The notes: generated by a model not told the origin, from the letters alone. A stretch of DNA of 10,507 nucleotides from an uncultured bacterium (GCA_964534375.1 CAZHPN010000200.1:1-10507), one strand, 5' to 3'; positions 1 through 7,980 are shown, counted from the stretch's first letter. Program-made: numbers and translations.

Positions 1-179
1 GTCCGAGCGGCCCGGCTGGCTCTACCGGCGCGGCGGGTCCCAGCGGTCCGAGCGGCCCGGCTGGCTCTACCGGCGCGGCGGGTCCCAGCGGTCCGAGCGG
101 CCCGGCTGGCTCTACCGGCGCGGCGGGTCCCAGCGGTCCGAGCGGTCCGGCGGGCTCCACCGGCGCAGCGGGACCCAGC
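1..179 (+). repeat. 45-bp coding tandem repeat ([15 protein letters not shown])
   Basis: Unit ggtccgagcggcccggctggctctaccggcgcggcgggtcccagc is identical at 1-44 (first base cut off), 45-89 and 90-134. Copy 135-179 encodes the same 15 aa with synonymous changes. Confidence 0.95.
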
Positions 180-1502
180 GGTCCGGCAGGCGCTTCCGGC
201 CCGGCGGGACCCAGTGGTCCGACAGGAACTGCCGGCGCAATGGGGCCGAGCGGTCCCGCCGGCGCAACTGGCGCGGCCGGTCCGAGTGGGCCGACGGGCG
301 CGACGGGTCCGTCCGGTCCGCAGGGTTCGCAAGGCGTAATGGGGCCGAGCGGTCCGACGGGCGCGACCGGCGCCACGGGACCTTCTGGTCCCACCGGTCC
401 TTCCGGTCCGACGCTGTGGACCCAATCCGGTTCCAACATCTATTACAACGGCGGTTACGTCGGCGTGAATATCTCGGTTCCGGCGGCGACCATCGACGTG
501 GCGGGCGGCGTGCGAATTGGCGCCACTGCCGGAAAAGCGTGTCCGTCGGTTCCCGACAACACCGGCGAAATTCAGTTCGTTCCGGCCATCGGATACCAAT
601 TCTGCGACGGCACGGAGTGGCAAACGATCGCCACGCAAGAGACGATGCGGGATCCGAAGCATCCGCCCTCCGTTGGCGAGTTGCCGGATACGCTTTGGTC
701 GACCGTTCGGCTCGGTTTGGCAACCATGCTGGGCGGCGCCGCGGGCAACTCGCCCGTGATCGCGCGGGCGATGGCCAACGGCCAGGCCGCTGCGGTCGAT
801 CCGAAGGCCGGCGAGTGCCCGGCTGAGGAATCGAGCATCAGCTATCCCGCCGGCAACGTCCAGATCGGCAACCAGGACGCGTTGCACGACCTGACGGTTT
901 ATGGCGCAATCGAGTGCTCGGAAGACCTCTGGGTGCGGGCGAACGCGATCGTGCTCGGTTCGGTCGGCGTGGGCACGGAAGAGCCGATGTGCATGCTCGA
1001 CGTGCGCGGCAACACGCACCTCGGCGGCAGCCTCGACGTGGACGGCCACGCGACGCTGGCCGACGGTTTGACCGTGACGCAGACGAACAACGACGAATTC
1101 GCCCTGCGGATCGAAGGCGCGGCGTTCACGACGACGGGCTTGTTCCGGTCGTCCGACGCGCGGTTGAAGACGAACGTCTGGGCCCTGAAAGACCCGTTGT
1201 ACACGCTGCTGCTGTTGCAGGGCGTGTCGTTCGAATGGATCGATCCGGCGGGCCGCTACGGGCGTCACTTCGGCATGATCGCGCAAGACGTGGAGCAGGT
1301 GTTCCCGAACTGGGTGACGACCGGCCCCGACGGCTACAAAAGCGTGTCGTACGAAGGCTTCGAGGCATTGGCCGTCGAGTCGCTGCGGCAACTCAAAAAC
1401 GAGAACGACGAACTGCGGGCGCAGAACGAAGAGCTGCGGCTTCGCCTGGAACGTGTGGAAAAAGCGGTGGAGCGACTGACGCCGAATGCGCCGCCGGAAT
1501 AA
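3..1502 (+). CDS. Collagen-like trimeric fibre/adhesin with C-terminal Peptidase S74 (endosialidase-type intramolecular chaperone) domain; 5'-truncated by the window edge
   Basis: The frame of ORF 240..1502 is open back to the window start ([15 protein letters not shown]...), so ATG 240 is internal. About 46 uninterrupted Gly-X-Y triplets run to nt 413. Then [17 protein letters not shown] and two more G-x-V-x-[IV]-G...L-x-V-x-G beta-repeats. C-terminus [10 protein letters not shown]...LQGVSFEW...[12 protein letters not shown]...YKSVSY...LAVESLRQL plus a coiled coil is the S74 chaperone signature. Stop TAA 1500-1502. Confidence 0.88.
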   Translation, partial: PSGPAGSTGAAGPSGPSGPAGSTGAAGPSGPSGPAGSTGAAGPSGPSGPAGSTGAAGPSGPAGASGPAGPSGPTGTAGAMGPSGPAGATGAAGPSGPTGATGPSGPQGSQGVMGPSGPTGATGATGPSGPTGPSGPTLWTQSGSNIYYNGGYVGVNISVPAATIDVAGGVRIGATAGKACPSVPDNTGEIQFVPAIGYQFCDGTEWQTIATQETMRDPKHPPSVGELPDTLWSTVRLGLATMLGGAAGNSPVIARAMANGQAAAVDPKAGECPAEESSISYPAGNVQIGNQDALHDLTVYGAIECSEDLWVRANAIVLGSVGVGTEEPMCMLDVRGNTHLGGSLDVDGHATLADGLTVTQTNNDEFALRIEGAAFTTTGLFRSSDARLKTNVWALKDPLYTLLLLQGVSFEWIDPAGRYGRHFGMIAQDVEQVFPNWVTTGPDGYKSVSYEGFEALAVESLRQLKNENDELRAQNEELRLRLERVEKAVERLTPNAPPE

Positions 1503-1571
1503 CGTCCGGCCACGAAGATCCGAAACCGGCGGCGCCGGTTCGGGCGCGAAATTTCGCTGGGAATCGACGAC

Positions 1572-1607
1572 TCCGGCCGGGGCTGCGATGCTCCGGCCGG
1601 AATCTTT
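1572..1607 (+). terminator. GC-rich hairpin downstream of the fibre gene, possible terminator
   Basis: tccggccggggc-tgcgat-gctccggccgga (1572-1601) forms a 12-bp stem with one G-U pair. It is followed only by atcttt, a weak U-tract. Confidence 0.4.
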
Positions 1608-1640
1608 CGCCAGACGGACCGCCCGCGCCGCGGATCGCCG

Positions 1641-1670
1641 TTGCGTGTTCACGGCGCTTCAAGGTATAAG
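1641..1670 (+). promoter_or_regulatory. Possible sigma70 promoter for the GT-C operon
   Basis: TTGCGT (1641-1646), 18-nt spacer, TATAAG (1665-1670), about 48 nt before ATG 1718. The -10 lacks the conserved final T. Confidence 0.3.
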
Positions 1671-1717
1671 CGGAAAACACGATTTGCCCGCGCTGCCGAA
1701 ATGACAGGTTTTTGAAA

Positions 1718-4411
1718 ATGAAACGAAGTTATCTTTTTTTGCTCGCCCTTTCGCTCTTTTTCCTGATTCAGCTTCTTCCCGAAGCGACGCTGCGGTTTTA
1801 CGACGTAAATGACGGCAACCTGCATCAGGTCATGGCGCAGCAGATGGCCGATCGGGCGGCCGCGTTCAAAAACCCGCTCGACTTTTTCTCGACGACCTGG
1901 GCCTGCGGCTTCCCGCTGTTCGGTCACTATCAAATGGGCGGACATCTGACGCTTGCCGCGCTTTATTTGTTGGCCTTCAAGCTGGTTCCCGTCGCCGTTC
2001 TCTATCAGTTGCTGGTCGTGCTGCTGCTGCTTTCGTATCCGTGGAGTTATTACTTCGCGGCGAAACGCTTCGGCCTTTCGGAAAATGCGGCCCTGGCCGG
2101 CGCGGTGCTGTCTCTGACCGCGGGCACGCAGCTCGCGTGCGGCCATGAGTTCGGCACGTATCTGCCCTACGGCGTCGGGCTGTTCACGCAGCTTTTCGGC
2201 ATGGCCGTTTTCCCGTGGACGCTGGCGCTGGTGTGGGAGTGGCTCACCGGCCGGACCAACCGGGCGTTCTGGCCGCTCGTCGCCTTCGCCGGCCTGTTCT
2301 TCGCGCACTTGTTTCTGCCGTACCTGCTGTTGCCGACCTTGGCTCTTTGGTGGGCGCTGGGGTTGGCCGGCCCGCGGTTGCCGGCGGCCAAGCGCCTCGT
2401 CGCGCTGGTCGCGCTGGCCGGCGCCGCCGCGGCGTTTTTCCTGATTCCGGTGATGCGCAACGCGCCGTATCACGCGGCGGTGAGCCACTACGAACCCTTG
2501 AGCCGGTTCGATTCGTTCGGGTTCGCATGGACCCTTATCAACCTGTTCAAAGGCCAGCTTTTCGACGCCGGCCGTTTGCCGTTGTTGACGCCGCTGGTTC
2601 TGCTCGGCTTCGGCGTTTCGCTGCGCCGCGGGCGGATTGAAGTCGCCCTGGCCGTCGGCTTCTTGTTTTCGCTGCTGATGTTCGCCGGGCGAACGACCTG
2701 GGGCCGCTTGTTCGACGCGCTGCCGATGGCCGGCGACATGCAGTTCATTCGCTTCATCCTCGGCATCCACTTTTTCGGCGCGGCGCTCGCCGGGGTCGGC
2801 GTCGCCTGGCTGAGCGAACGCGTCGGCCGAGCGAACAAAGCCGCTTGGCGCGGCGCGGCCGTGGCGGCGGCTGCGGTCGTCTTCATCGGGATCATGGCCG
2901 GGCCCTGGCGCGTGCTCTCGATGAACCGCGACCTGGTGCGCGATCTGCACCGCGACTATAAAGCCGAAGCGCCGCGGACCCCGGCGTTCTTTGCGGCGCT
3001 CGGCCGTGAATCGGTCACGCGCGTCTGGGCCGGGGCGCGCAATGGTTGGGGCGACCATTTCCGAATCGCCGGCGCGCCGATGTACTTTGTCGCCGGCGTC
3101 TACGGCGTCCCGCTGCTCGGACACCTGCCGTTCGGCTGGGCGTTGCCCGGCGACTTCACGTACTGGCTCGACCCGTTTCGTTGGGACCAACTCGACCTCT
3201 TCGGCGTATCGCATATCTTGTCGTGGCGCGACGATCGCTACTGGGGCCTGACGCCCGTCTTCGCCGACGACTCCTACGCGATCTACGCGACGCCGGCCGG
3301 CAACCACTTGTTTCGCGTGGTGGACACGCCGATCTTGCTGCGCGCCGACAAGCATACCTACTGGAACATGGTCGCGATCTGGCTGGACAGCGATTTGCCG
3401 CGCCAGGGGAAATTCATGCGGATGGCCTTCGCGGACATCCCGGACGGACCGTTCGCGACGGTCGTGCGCATGACGGACCCGCTGCATTTTCGGCTCAAAG
3501 AACGAACCGCCGCGGGCGAGCACGAGGCCAAACGCGCCGTCTTCGACGGGCCGATCCGCTTCGATTCGCCGGCGGAAGTCGGCGACCCCGGCAGCGTGAC
3601 GAGCGAAACGCGGGGCGAGCGCTGGACGGCGACCGTCGACCTGAACCGGCCCGCGGTGGTGATGCTGAAGATGACGTATCACCCCTTCTGGCGGGCGACG
3701 CTCGATGGGCAGGCCGTGCGGCCGATCATGGTTTCGCCGGGGTACGTGGCCGTCGAGTGCCCGGCGGGCCGCCACGAAATCGCGTTCCGCTATCAGCCGC
3801 CGTGGTGGAAAACCGCTCTGTTGCTCTTGCTGTTCGGCGTGCCGATCCTCGTTTGGTTCCGTGACAAAAAGATCGCGGCGAGCCCCAAGCAGGAACCGCC
3901 GAACGAACCGGTTCGCGGCCTGCGCCTCGTCCTGATCGTCGCGGCGTGCGCGGCGGTTGTCTACGGAACATTGCAACTGTGCCCGCCGCCGTTTGCGCGG
4001 CTGGAGAACCTGGCCCCGGCCGGCGAGGGGCTGCGCGGCGACGAGGCCGCGCCGGTCCGCGAGCACATCTCGCTGGGCCGCATCCCGTTCGACGCCGGCC
4101 TGAACTTCCCGGTCGCCGGGAACCCGACCGAAAAACTGTATCGCCTGGACGGCCGTTTCCGCGTGTTCGAGGCGTTCGCCGGCTTGAACCACACCGGCCC
4201 CTGCAACGGACCCGTTTCCGCGCAATTCGACGTCTGGGCCGACAATCAACTCGTCTATCAGAGCGCCGCGCTGACTCCGGGCGGGCCGCCGGCGTATGTG
4301 GACGTCGACGTGCGCGGCACGAAGTTGCTCAAGCTGAACGTGCACGATCTCGTCGATCCGTCGCAGTGCAAACTGGAAGCGTCATGGGCGGAGGCCAGGC
4401 TGTATCGATGA
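1718..4411 (+). CDS. YfhO / PTPS-related polytopic membrane protein (GT-C-like glycosyltransferase) with C-terminal NPCBM/NEW2 carbohydrate-binding module
   Basis: N-terminal TM, then DVNDGNLH...W-A-C-G-F-P-L-F-G-H-Y as in PTPS-related/YfhO proteins, and many hydrophobic helices. YfhO-type C-terminal beta region (VVMLKMTYHPFWRATLDG...VAVECPAGRHEIAFRYQP). Terminal LYRLDGRFRVFEAFAGL...SAQFDVWADNQLVYQS...VDVDVRGTKLLKLNV...ASWAEARL matches the NPCBM/NEW2 pattern. ATG 1718 (acagg upstream) is preferred over TTG 1712. Confidence 0.8.
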   Translation: MKRSYLFLLALSLFFLIQLLPEATLRFYDVNDGNLHQVMAQQMADRAAAFKNPLDFFSTTWACGFPLFGHYQMGGHLTLAALYLLAFKLVPVAVLYQLLVVLLLLSYPWSYYFAAKRFGLSENAALAGAVLSLTAGTQLACGHEFGTYLPYGVGLFTQLFGMAVFPWTLALVWEWLTGRTNRAFWPLVAFAGLFFAHLFLPYLLLPTLALWWALGLAGPRLPAAKRLVALVALAGAAAAFFLIPVMRNAPYHAAVSHYEPLSRFDSFGFAWTLINLFKGQLFDAGRLPLLTPLVLLGFGVSLRRGRIEVALAVGFLFSLLMFAGRTTWGRLFDALPMAGDMQFIRFILGIHFFGAALAGVGVAWLSERVGRANKAAWRGAAVAAAAVVFIGIMAGPWRVLSMNRDLVRDLHRDYKAEAPRTPAFFAALGRESVTRVWAGARNGWGDHFRIAGAPMYFVAGVYGVPLLGHLPFGWALPGDFTYWLDPFRWDQLDLFGVSHILSWRDDRYWGLTPVFADDSYAIYATPAGNHLFRVVDTPILLRADKHTYWNMVAIWLDSDLPRQGKFMRMAFADIPDGPFATVVRMTDPLHFRLKERTAAGEHEAKRAVFDGPIRFDSPAEVGDPGSVTSETRGERWTATVDLNRPAVVMLKMTYHPFWRATLDGQAVRPIMVSPGYVAVECPAGRHEIAFRYQPPWWKTALLLLLFGVPILVWFRDKKIAASPKQEPPNEPVRGLRLVLIVAACAAVVYGTLQLCPPPFARLENLAPAGEGLRGDEAAPVREHISLGRIPFDAGLNFPVAGNPTEKLYRLDGRFRVFEAFAGLNHTGPCNGPVSAQFDVWADNQLVYQSAALTPGGPPAYVDVDVRGTKLLKLNVHDLVDPSQCKLEASWAEARLYR

Positions 4412-5976
4412 AATCAACAAACTGCCAGGCGTTGCCGTTGCTCCCTGTGGGTGTGCTGTCGCTTGTCCTCTTCGCCTTCGTGGCCGGCGGACTGCCGGTC
4501 ACCGTCGACGAAACCCCCTACATCGCCGCCGGGCGGTCGTACGCCGATTGGCTGATCGGCGGCGCGGCGGCGGTCGCCAGCGGTGATGCGGCGGCGCTTG
4601 CCCGGCAGCTTCAGGCCCGCGACGACGCGTATGCGATCAACCACGAGCATCCGCCGCTGGCGAAGACCGTCTACGGCCTCTGCGGCCGGCTCTTTCGCGT
4701 TTTCGGGCCGCTGGCTGGGCCCCGCGTCGGCGGGTTGTTCTTTCTGCTGGTCCTGCAAGTTTCGCTGTATTTCCTGATCGCGCCGAACTTCGGCAGGCTC
4801 GCCGCGACTGCCGGCGCCTTGGCCGTGATCGCCCATCCGCGGATCGTCGCCCACGCCTTCACCTGCGGGCTGGACCTGCCCGTGGCGGCGCTCTCGGTTT
4901 TGTGCGCTCTGCTTTTCGTTCGCGGGCTGGAACGCCGGGCCGCCGCCGTGCTTTGCGGCGTCGTCTGGGGCTTGGCGATGGCCACGAAAAACAACGGCGT
5001 CTTTCTCGTCGTGCCGCTTTTTCTGTGGGGCTACCTGTTCGACCGCCGCCGAGTCGCCGACAACCTGTTTTTCATGGCCTTGCTCGGCCCCCTGACCTTC
5101 GTCGCAAGTTGGCCCTGGTTATGGAACGACACCTTCGTCCGGCTGATCGATTATCTCCGATTCCACGCGCAGCATGTCGTCGAACCGAGTTATTTCCGCG
5201 GCGCGGTCTACGCGGTTCACTCCTGGACGTACCCGCTGGCGACGCTGTTCGCGGCGACGCCGTTGGTCATTCTTGCCTTTGCGGCGGTTGCGTTGGCGCG
5301 GCTCCGGAAGCGGCCGTTCGATCCGCTGGTCAGCCTGTTCGCGTTCTTGGCGGTGTTCGCCGTGCTGATCGTCTGCCCGCCGTCCGTGCCGGTCTACAAC
5401 GGCGACCGGCTTTTTCTGTTGACCGAGATCCTGCTTTGCGGCATGGCGGGCGTCGGGCTCGCCGCGGCAGCCGCGCGCTTGACGGCCGCCAGCCAAACGC
5501 CGCGGCGGCGCGTCGTCGTCGTCGCGATCCTCGGCGGCGTTCTGCTGCTGCCCGGGTTGATTGGCGTAGCGGCGACGCATCCCTACGAGCGATCGTACTA
5601 CGGCGCGTTGGTTGGTTTTCGCGGCGGGGCGATGCGGCTGGGCTTCAATCCGATGGAGTGGTCCGAAGTGCCGCCCGCGGCCGTCAAGTTGCTGACCCGC
5701 AGCTTTCCGCAGGGCTTGAACCTGGACAACAATTCCGGCGCGGCAACCGTTTTGCGAGGCTATCAGCAGCTCGGATTGCTGAGCCCGAGATTTCGGTTTT
5801 CCGATCGCGCCGAATATTGGCTCGTCGAAGGCAACTTGGCGTATTCGGGTTTTCCGCGCTATTGGTCGCTCTATTACGACATCGATCCGGAGTACCGGTT
5901 GCAACAGGAACTCGGCCCCGCCCCCCATCTGCTCTCGCTGTACAAGCGGACGATGGCGCCGCCCTTCGGCGGGTAA
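4408..5976 (+). CDS. ArnT/PMT-like GT-C glycosyltransferase (GT39/GT83-like), 522 aa
   Basis: The likely start MKSTNC at ATG 4408 overlaps the upstream stop (ATGA). Acidic DE motif after TM1 (TVDETPYIAAG), NHEHPPLAK loop, DLP and GLAMATK motifs, multiple TM helices and a periplasmic C-terminal domain. The 3946-4407 extension in the ORF track is off-frame overlap with the previous gene. Confidence 0.85.
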   Translation: MKSTNCQALPLLPVGVLSLVLFAFVAGGLPVTVDETPYIAAGRSYADWLIGGAAAVASGDAAALARQLQARDDAYAINHEHPPLAKTVYGLCGRLFRVFGPLAGPRVGGLFFLLVLQVSLYFLIAPNFGRLAATAGALAVIAHPRIVAHAFTCGLDLPVAALSVLCALLFVRGLERRAAAVLCGVVWGLAMATKNNGVFLVVPLFLWGYLFDRRRVADNLFFMALLGPLTFVASWPWLWNDTFVRLIDYLRFHAQHVVEPSYFRGAVYAVHSWTYPLATLFAATPLVILAFAAVALARLRKRPFDPLVSLFAFLAVFAVLIVCPPSVPVYNGDRLFLLTEILLCGMAGVGLAAAAARLTAASQTPRRRVVVVAILGGVLLLPGLIGVAATHPYERSYYGALVGFRGGAMRLGFNPMEWSEVPPAAVKLLTRSFPQGLNLDNNSGAATVLRGYQQLGLLSPRFRFSDRAEYWLVEGNLAYSGFPRYWSLYYDIDPEYRLQQELGPAPHLLSLYKRTMAPPFGG

Positions 5977-6018
5977 CGACGCGGATCTCGTCGGCCGGCG
6001 GCCGACCGTATAGATCGA

Positions 6019-6798
6019 TCAGGCCGCCTTCGGCGGACGGAGCCGCCCGCGCTCGGCGCGCAGCCGCCACAGCAGAAAAATGAACTCGCGGATCGTGCGG
6101 CCCAGGCGCATCCGCGACGGGCTTTGCTTCAGATCGTAACGCAAGACCAGCGGGATCTCGCCAACGCGCGCGCCGAGCCAGGCGAGCTTCGTCAGCAGTT
6201 CGACCATCACGCCGAAGCCGGTTTCGACGATCAAATTGTCGCCAAACGCCGCGACCGCGCGCCGCAACAACTCGGCGCGGTACAGGCGATAACCGCAACT
6301 CAGGTCGCGGGCCGGCGGCGGACCGAGCATCGCGCGGTATATCAATTTCGAGAACGTCGTGAAAAAGCGGCGATGAGCCGGCACGCCGCGGATTTCGCCG
6401 CCCGCCGCGTAACGGCTGGCGATGACCACGTCGCAACCCGTCGCGGCTTTCTCCCGCAAGGCGGCGATCTGCGCCGGCGAGTGCGAACCGTCGGCGTCCA
6501 GAATGACCAACGAACCGTCCGGCGTGAGCAGCACGACAGCTTGCTCGATGATCGTGCGGACCGCCGCCGCCAATCCGCGATTGACGCCGTGCCGGACAAG
6601 CTGCACCGGCTGCGTTCCGGCGATCTCGGCCGCGAGCGCCGCCGTCTGGTCGCCGCTGCCGTCGTCGACGACCAGCACCCCGCCGCCGGCCGGCAATGCC
6701 GCCAGCGCCTCGCGCAGCAGCGGGCCGATCGCCGCCGCTTCGTTGAAGGCCGGAAAGGCGATCAAAAAAGTGACGCTGCCGGGCGCAAATTCGGCCAT
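6019..6798 (-). CDS. GT2 family polyprenol-phosphate sugar synthase (DPM1/Ppm1-like), 259 aa
   Basis: Start MAEFAPG at 6798 with AAGGAG RBS (6808-6813). Motifs PAFNE, VVDDGSGD, NRGLAAA, ILDADGSH (DXD), VIASRY, DLSCGYRLYR, EIPL...SRM. The ORF-track extension to 7083 overlaps satP off-frame. Confidence 0.88.
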   Translation of the reverse strand: MAEFAPGSVTFLIAFPAFNEAAAIGPLLREALAALPAGGGVLVVDDGSGDQTAALAAEIAGTQPVQLVRHGVNRGLAAAVRTIIEQAVVLLTPDGSLVILDADGSHSPAQIAALREKAATGCDVVIASRYAAGGEIRGVPAHRRFFTTFSKLIYRAMLGPPPARDLSCGYRLYRAELLRRAVAAFGDNLIVETGFGVMVELLTKLAWLGARVGEIPLVLRYDLKQSPSRMRLGRTIREFIFLLWRLRAERGRLRPPKAA

Positions 6799-6839
6799 CG
6801 GCGGCCGCTCCTTCCCGCTTCGAAGCCTCTGCGTCGCCG

Positions 6840-7397
6840 TCAGCCGAGCGGCAGGATGGTCCGGCCGAACTTCTCGTTGAGCACCTCGCCCATGGCGGTG
6901 TAAATGGCGCTCAAGCCGCAGAGAATGCCCTCGTAGCCAGCGATCGTGCCGACGGCCGGCGACTCGAACCAGTCGCGAATCGCCAGCAACATGAACAGGA
7001 CAACCAGCGTTCCGAACACCACCTGCAGGGCGCGGTTTCCCTTGAGGGTGCCGAGGAACATGAAGAAGGTGAACAGGCCCCACATAAAGAGGTACCAGCC
7101 CATGAAGCCTTCAGGAGTCTTGTCGGCCCAGCCGATTTTGGGGAGCATGATCAGGGCGACCAGCGACAGCCAGAAGAACCCGTACGAGCAAAAGGCCGTC
7201 ATGCCGAAGGTGTTGCCCTTCTTGAATTCGAGAATGCCGGCGACGATTTGCGCGAGCCCGCCGTAGCAGATGCCCATCGCCAGAACCATCGACCCCAACG
7301 GGAAGAAGCCCGCGTTATGGATGTTGAGCAGCACGGTCGTCATGCCGAAGCCCATCAGGCCCAGCGGCGCCGGATTCGCATAGGTTTCCGCTTGCAT
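6840..7397 (-). CDS. satP: Acetate/succinate transporter SatP (GPR1/FUN34/YaaH family)
   Basis: [15 protein letters not shown] family signature, KKGNTFG, SYGFFW and C-terminal [17 protein letters not shown]; six hydrophobic helices; AAAGGAG RBS just upstream of the ATG. Confidence 0.95.
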   Translation of the reverse strand: MQAETYANPAPLGLMGFGMTTVLLNIHNAGFFPLGSMVLAMGICYGGLAQIVAGILEFKKGNTFGMTAFCSYGFFWLSLVALIMLPKIGWADKTPEGFMGWYLFMWGLFTFFMFLGTLKGNRALQVVFGTLVVLFMLLAIRDWFESPAVGTIAGYEGILCGLSAIYTAMGEVLNEKFGRTILPLG

Positions 7398-7553
7398 CGT
7401 CGACTCCTTTCACGAGCGTGTCCCGAACTCAGGGTAAAGTTCCGGAGAGACAGTTAGTGGCCGCATACTCACGCGAGCCGGGCCTTGCTGTCAAGATTCG
7501 TTTGGTTGCCGCCATCGACCGCGTTGTGTCTCCGTGGCTCGCCATCTCTCGCC

Positions 7554-7600
7554 AAAACAAAAAACGGAACGTGGCAATTTTCAGCCAACGTCCCGTTTTT
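7554..7600 (-). terminator. Rho-independent terminator downstream of tRNA-Phe (potentially bidirectional)
   Basis: Imperfect inverted repeat aaaaacggaacgtggc / gccaacgtcccgttttt. On the minus strand it is followed by TTTTTTGTTTT, and it begins 16 nt after the tRNA 3' end. Confidence 0.7.
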
Positions 7601-7616
7601 CGTCAATACTTACTTG

Positions 7617-7689
<73 letters not shown>

Positions 7690-7705
7690 TCGGTGAAGCG
7701 GCGGG

Positions 7706-7734
7706 AGTATAGGCAAGAAAAAAACAAGCGTCAA
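7706..7734 (-). promoter_or_regulatory. sigma70 promoter of tRNA-Phe
   Basis: Minus strand TTGACG (7734-7729), 17-nt spacer, TATACT (7711-7706), followed by the GC-rich discriminator CCCGCCGC typical of stable-RNA promoters. Confidence 0.85.
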
Positions 7735-7909
7735 GGTCCGCGAAACCCTTAGGATGCAGGTCGGAATTTGGAGGGTCAGCTACGCCGCCGGCCAGCTCGT
7801 CGTAAAACGAAATGGCGCAGAGCGGACGAATTCGACATCGGCGCTGGGCCGAACGCTTCGTCGGCGGCCTGGTGGTTTTGGCGCGCGTGGTCCGCGCGGC
7901 TCTCCGCGC

Positions 7910-7939
7910 TTGACGCTGCTGCGTGAACACGCTTATATT
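7910..7939 (+). promoter_or_regulatory. sigma70 promoter divergent from tRNA-Phe
   Basis: TTGACG (7910-7915), 18-nt spacer, TATATT (7934-7939). An AT-rich leader and a GAGGAG RBS (7968-7973) follow. Confidence 0.65.
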
Positions 7940-7980
7940 CTAGCGAGTGTTGCATAAACCCAAGCGTGAGGAGAAACCTA

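Noticed and set aside
1..179. 45-bp repeats as a CRISPR array
   Set aside because: Head-to-tail with no unique spacers, and they encode in-frame Gly-X-Y collagen.
3..1502. Prophage tail-fibre gene / prophage region
   Set aside because: No phage genes follow; neighbours are envelope glycosyltransferases. Upstream context is not visible, so it cannot be fully excluded.
1649..4345. 898-aa antisense ORF opposite the YfhO-like gene (likewise 8919..10367, 8194..8859, 5119..5928 and 6124..6903)
   Set aside because: Arg/Gly/His-rich text without recognisable motifs, lying opposite well-supported genes; typical shadow ORFs of high-GC coding DNA.
3946..4407. N-terminal extensions in the ORF track (3946-4407, 6799-7083, 8388-9020)
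   Set aside because: Off-frame overlaps with neighbouring real genes. Better starts with RBS or stop-start coupling exist at 4408, 6798 and 9021.
7464..7494. satP promoter with a perfect TTGACA on the minus strand (7494-7489)
   Set aside because: No convincing -10 at 16-18 nt spacing (TGAGTA or GAGTAT), so it is not called as a feature.
7398..7616. Integrase or att duplicate of an island at tRNA-Phe
   Set aside because: No integrase ORF and no repeat of the tRNA 3' end seen within the window.
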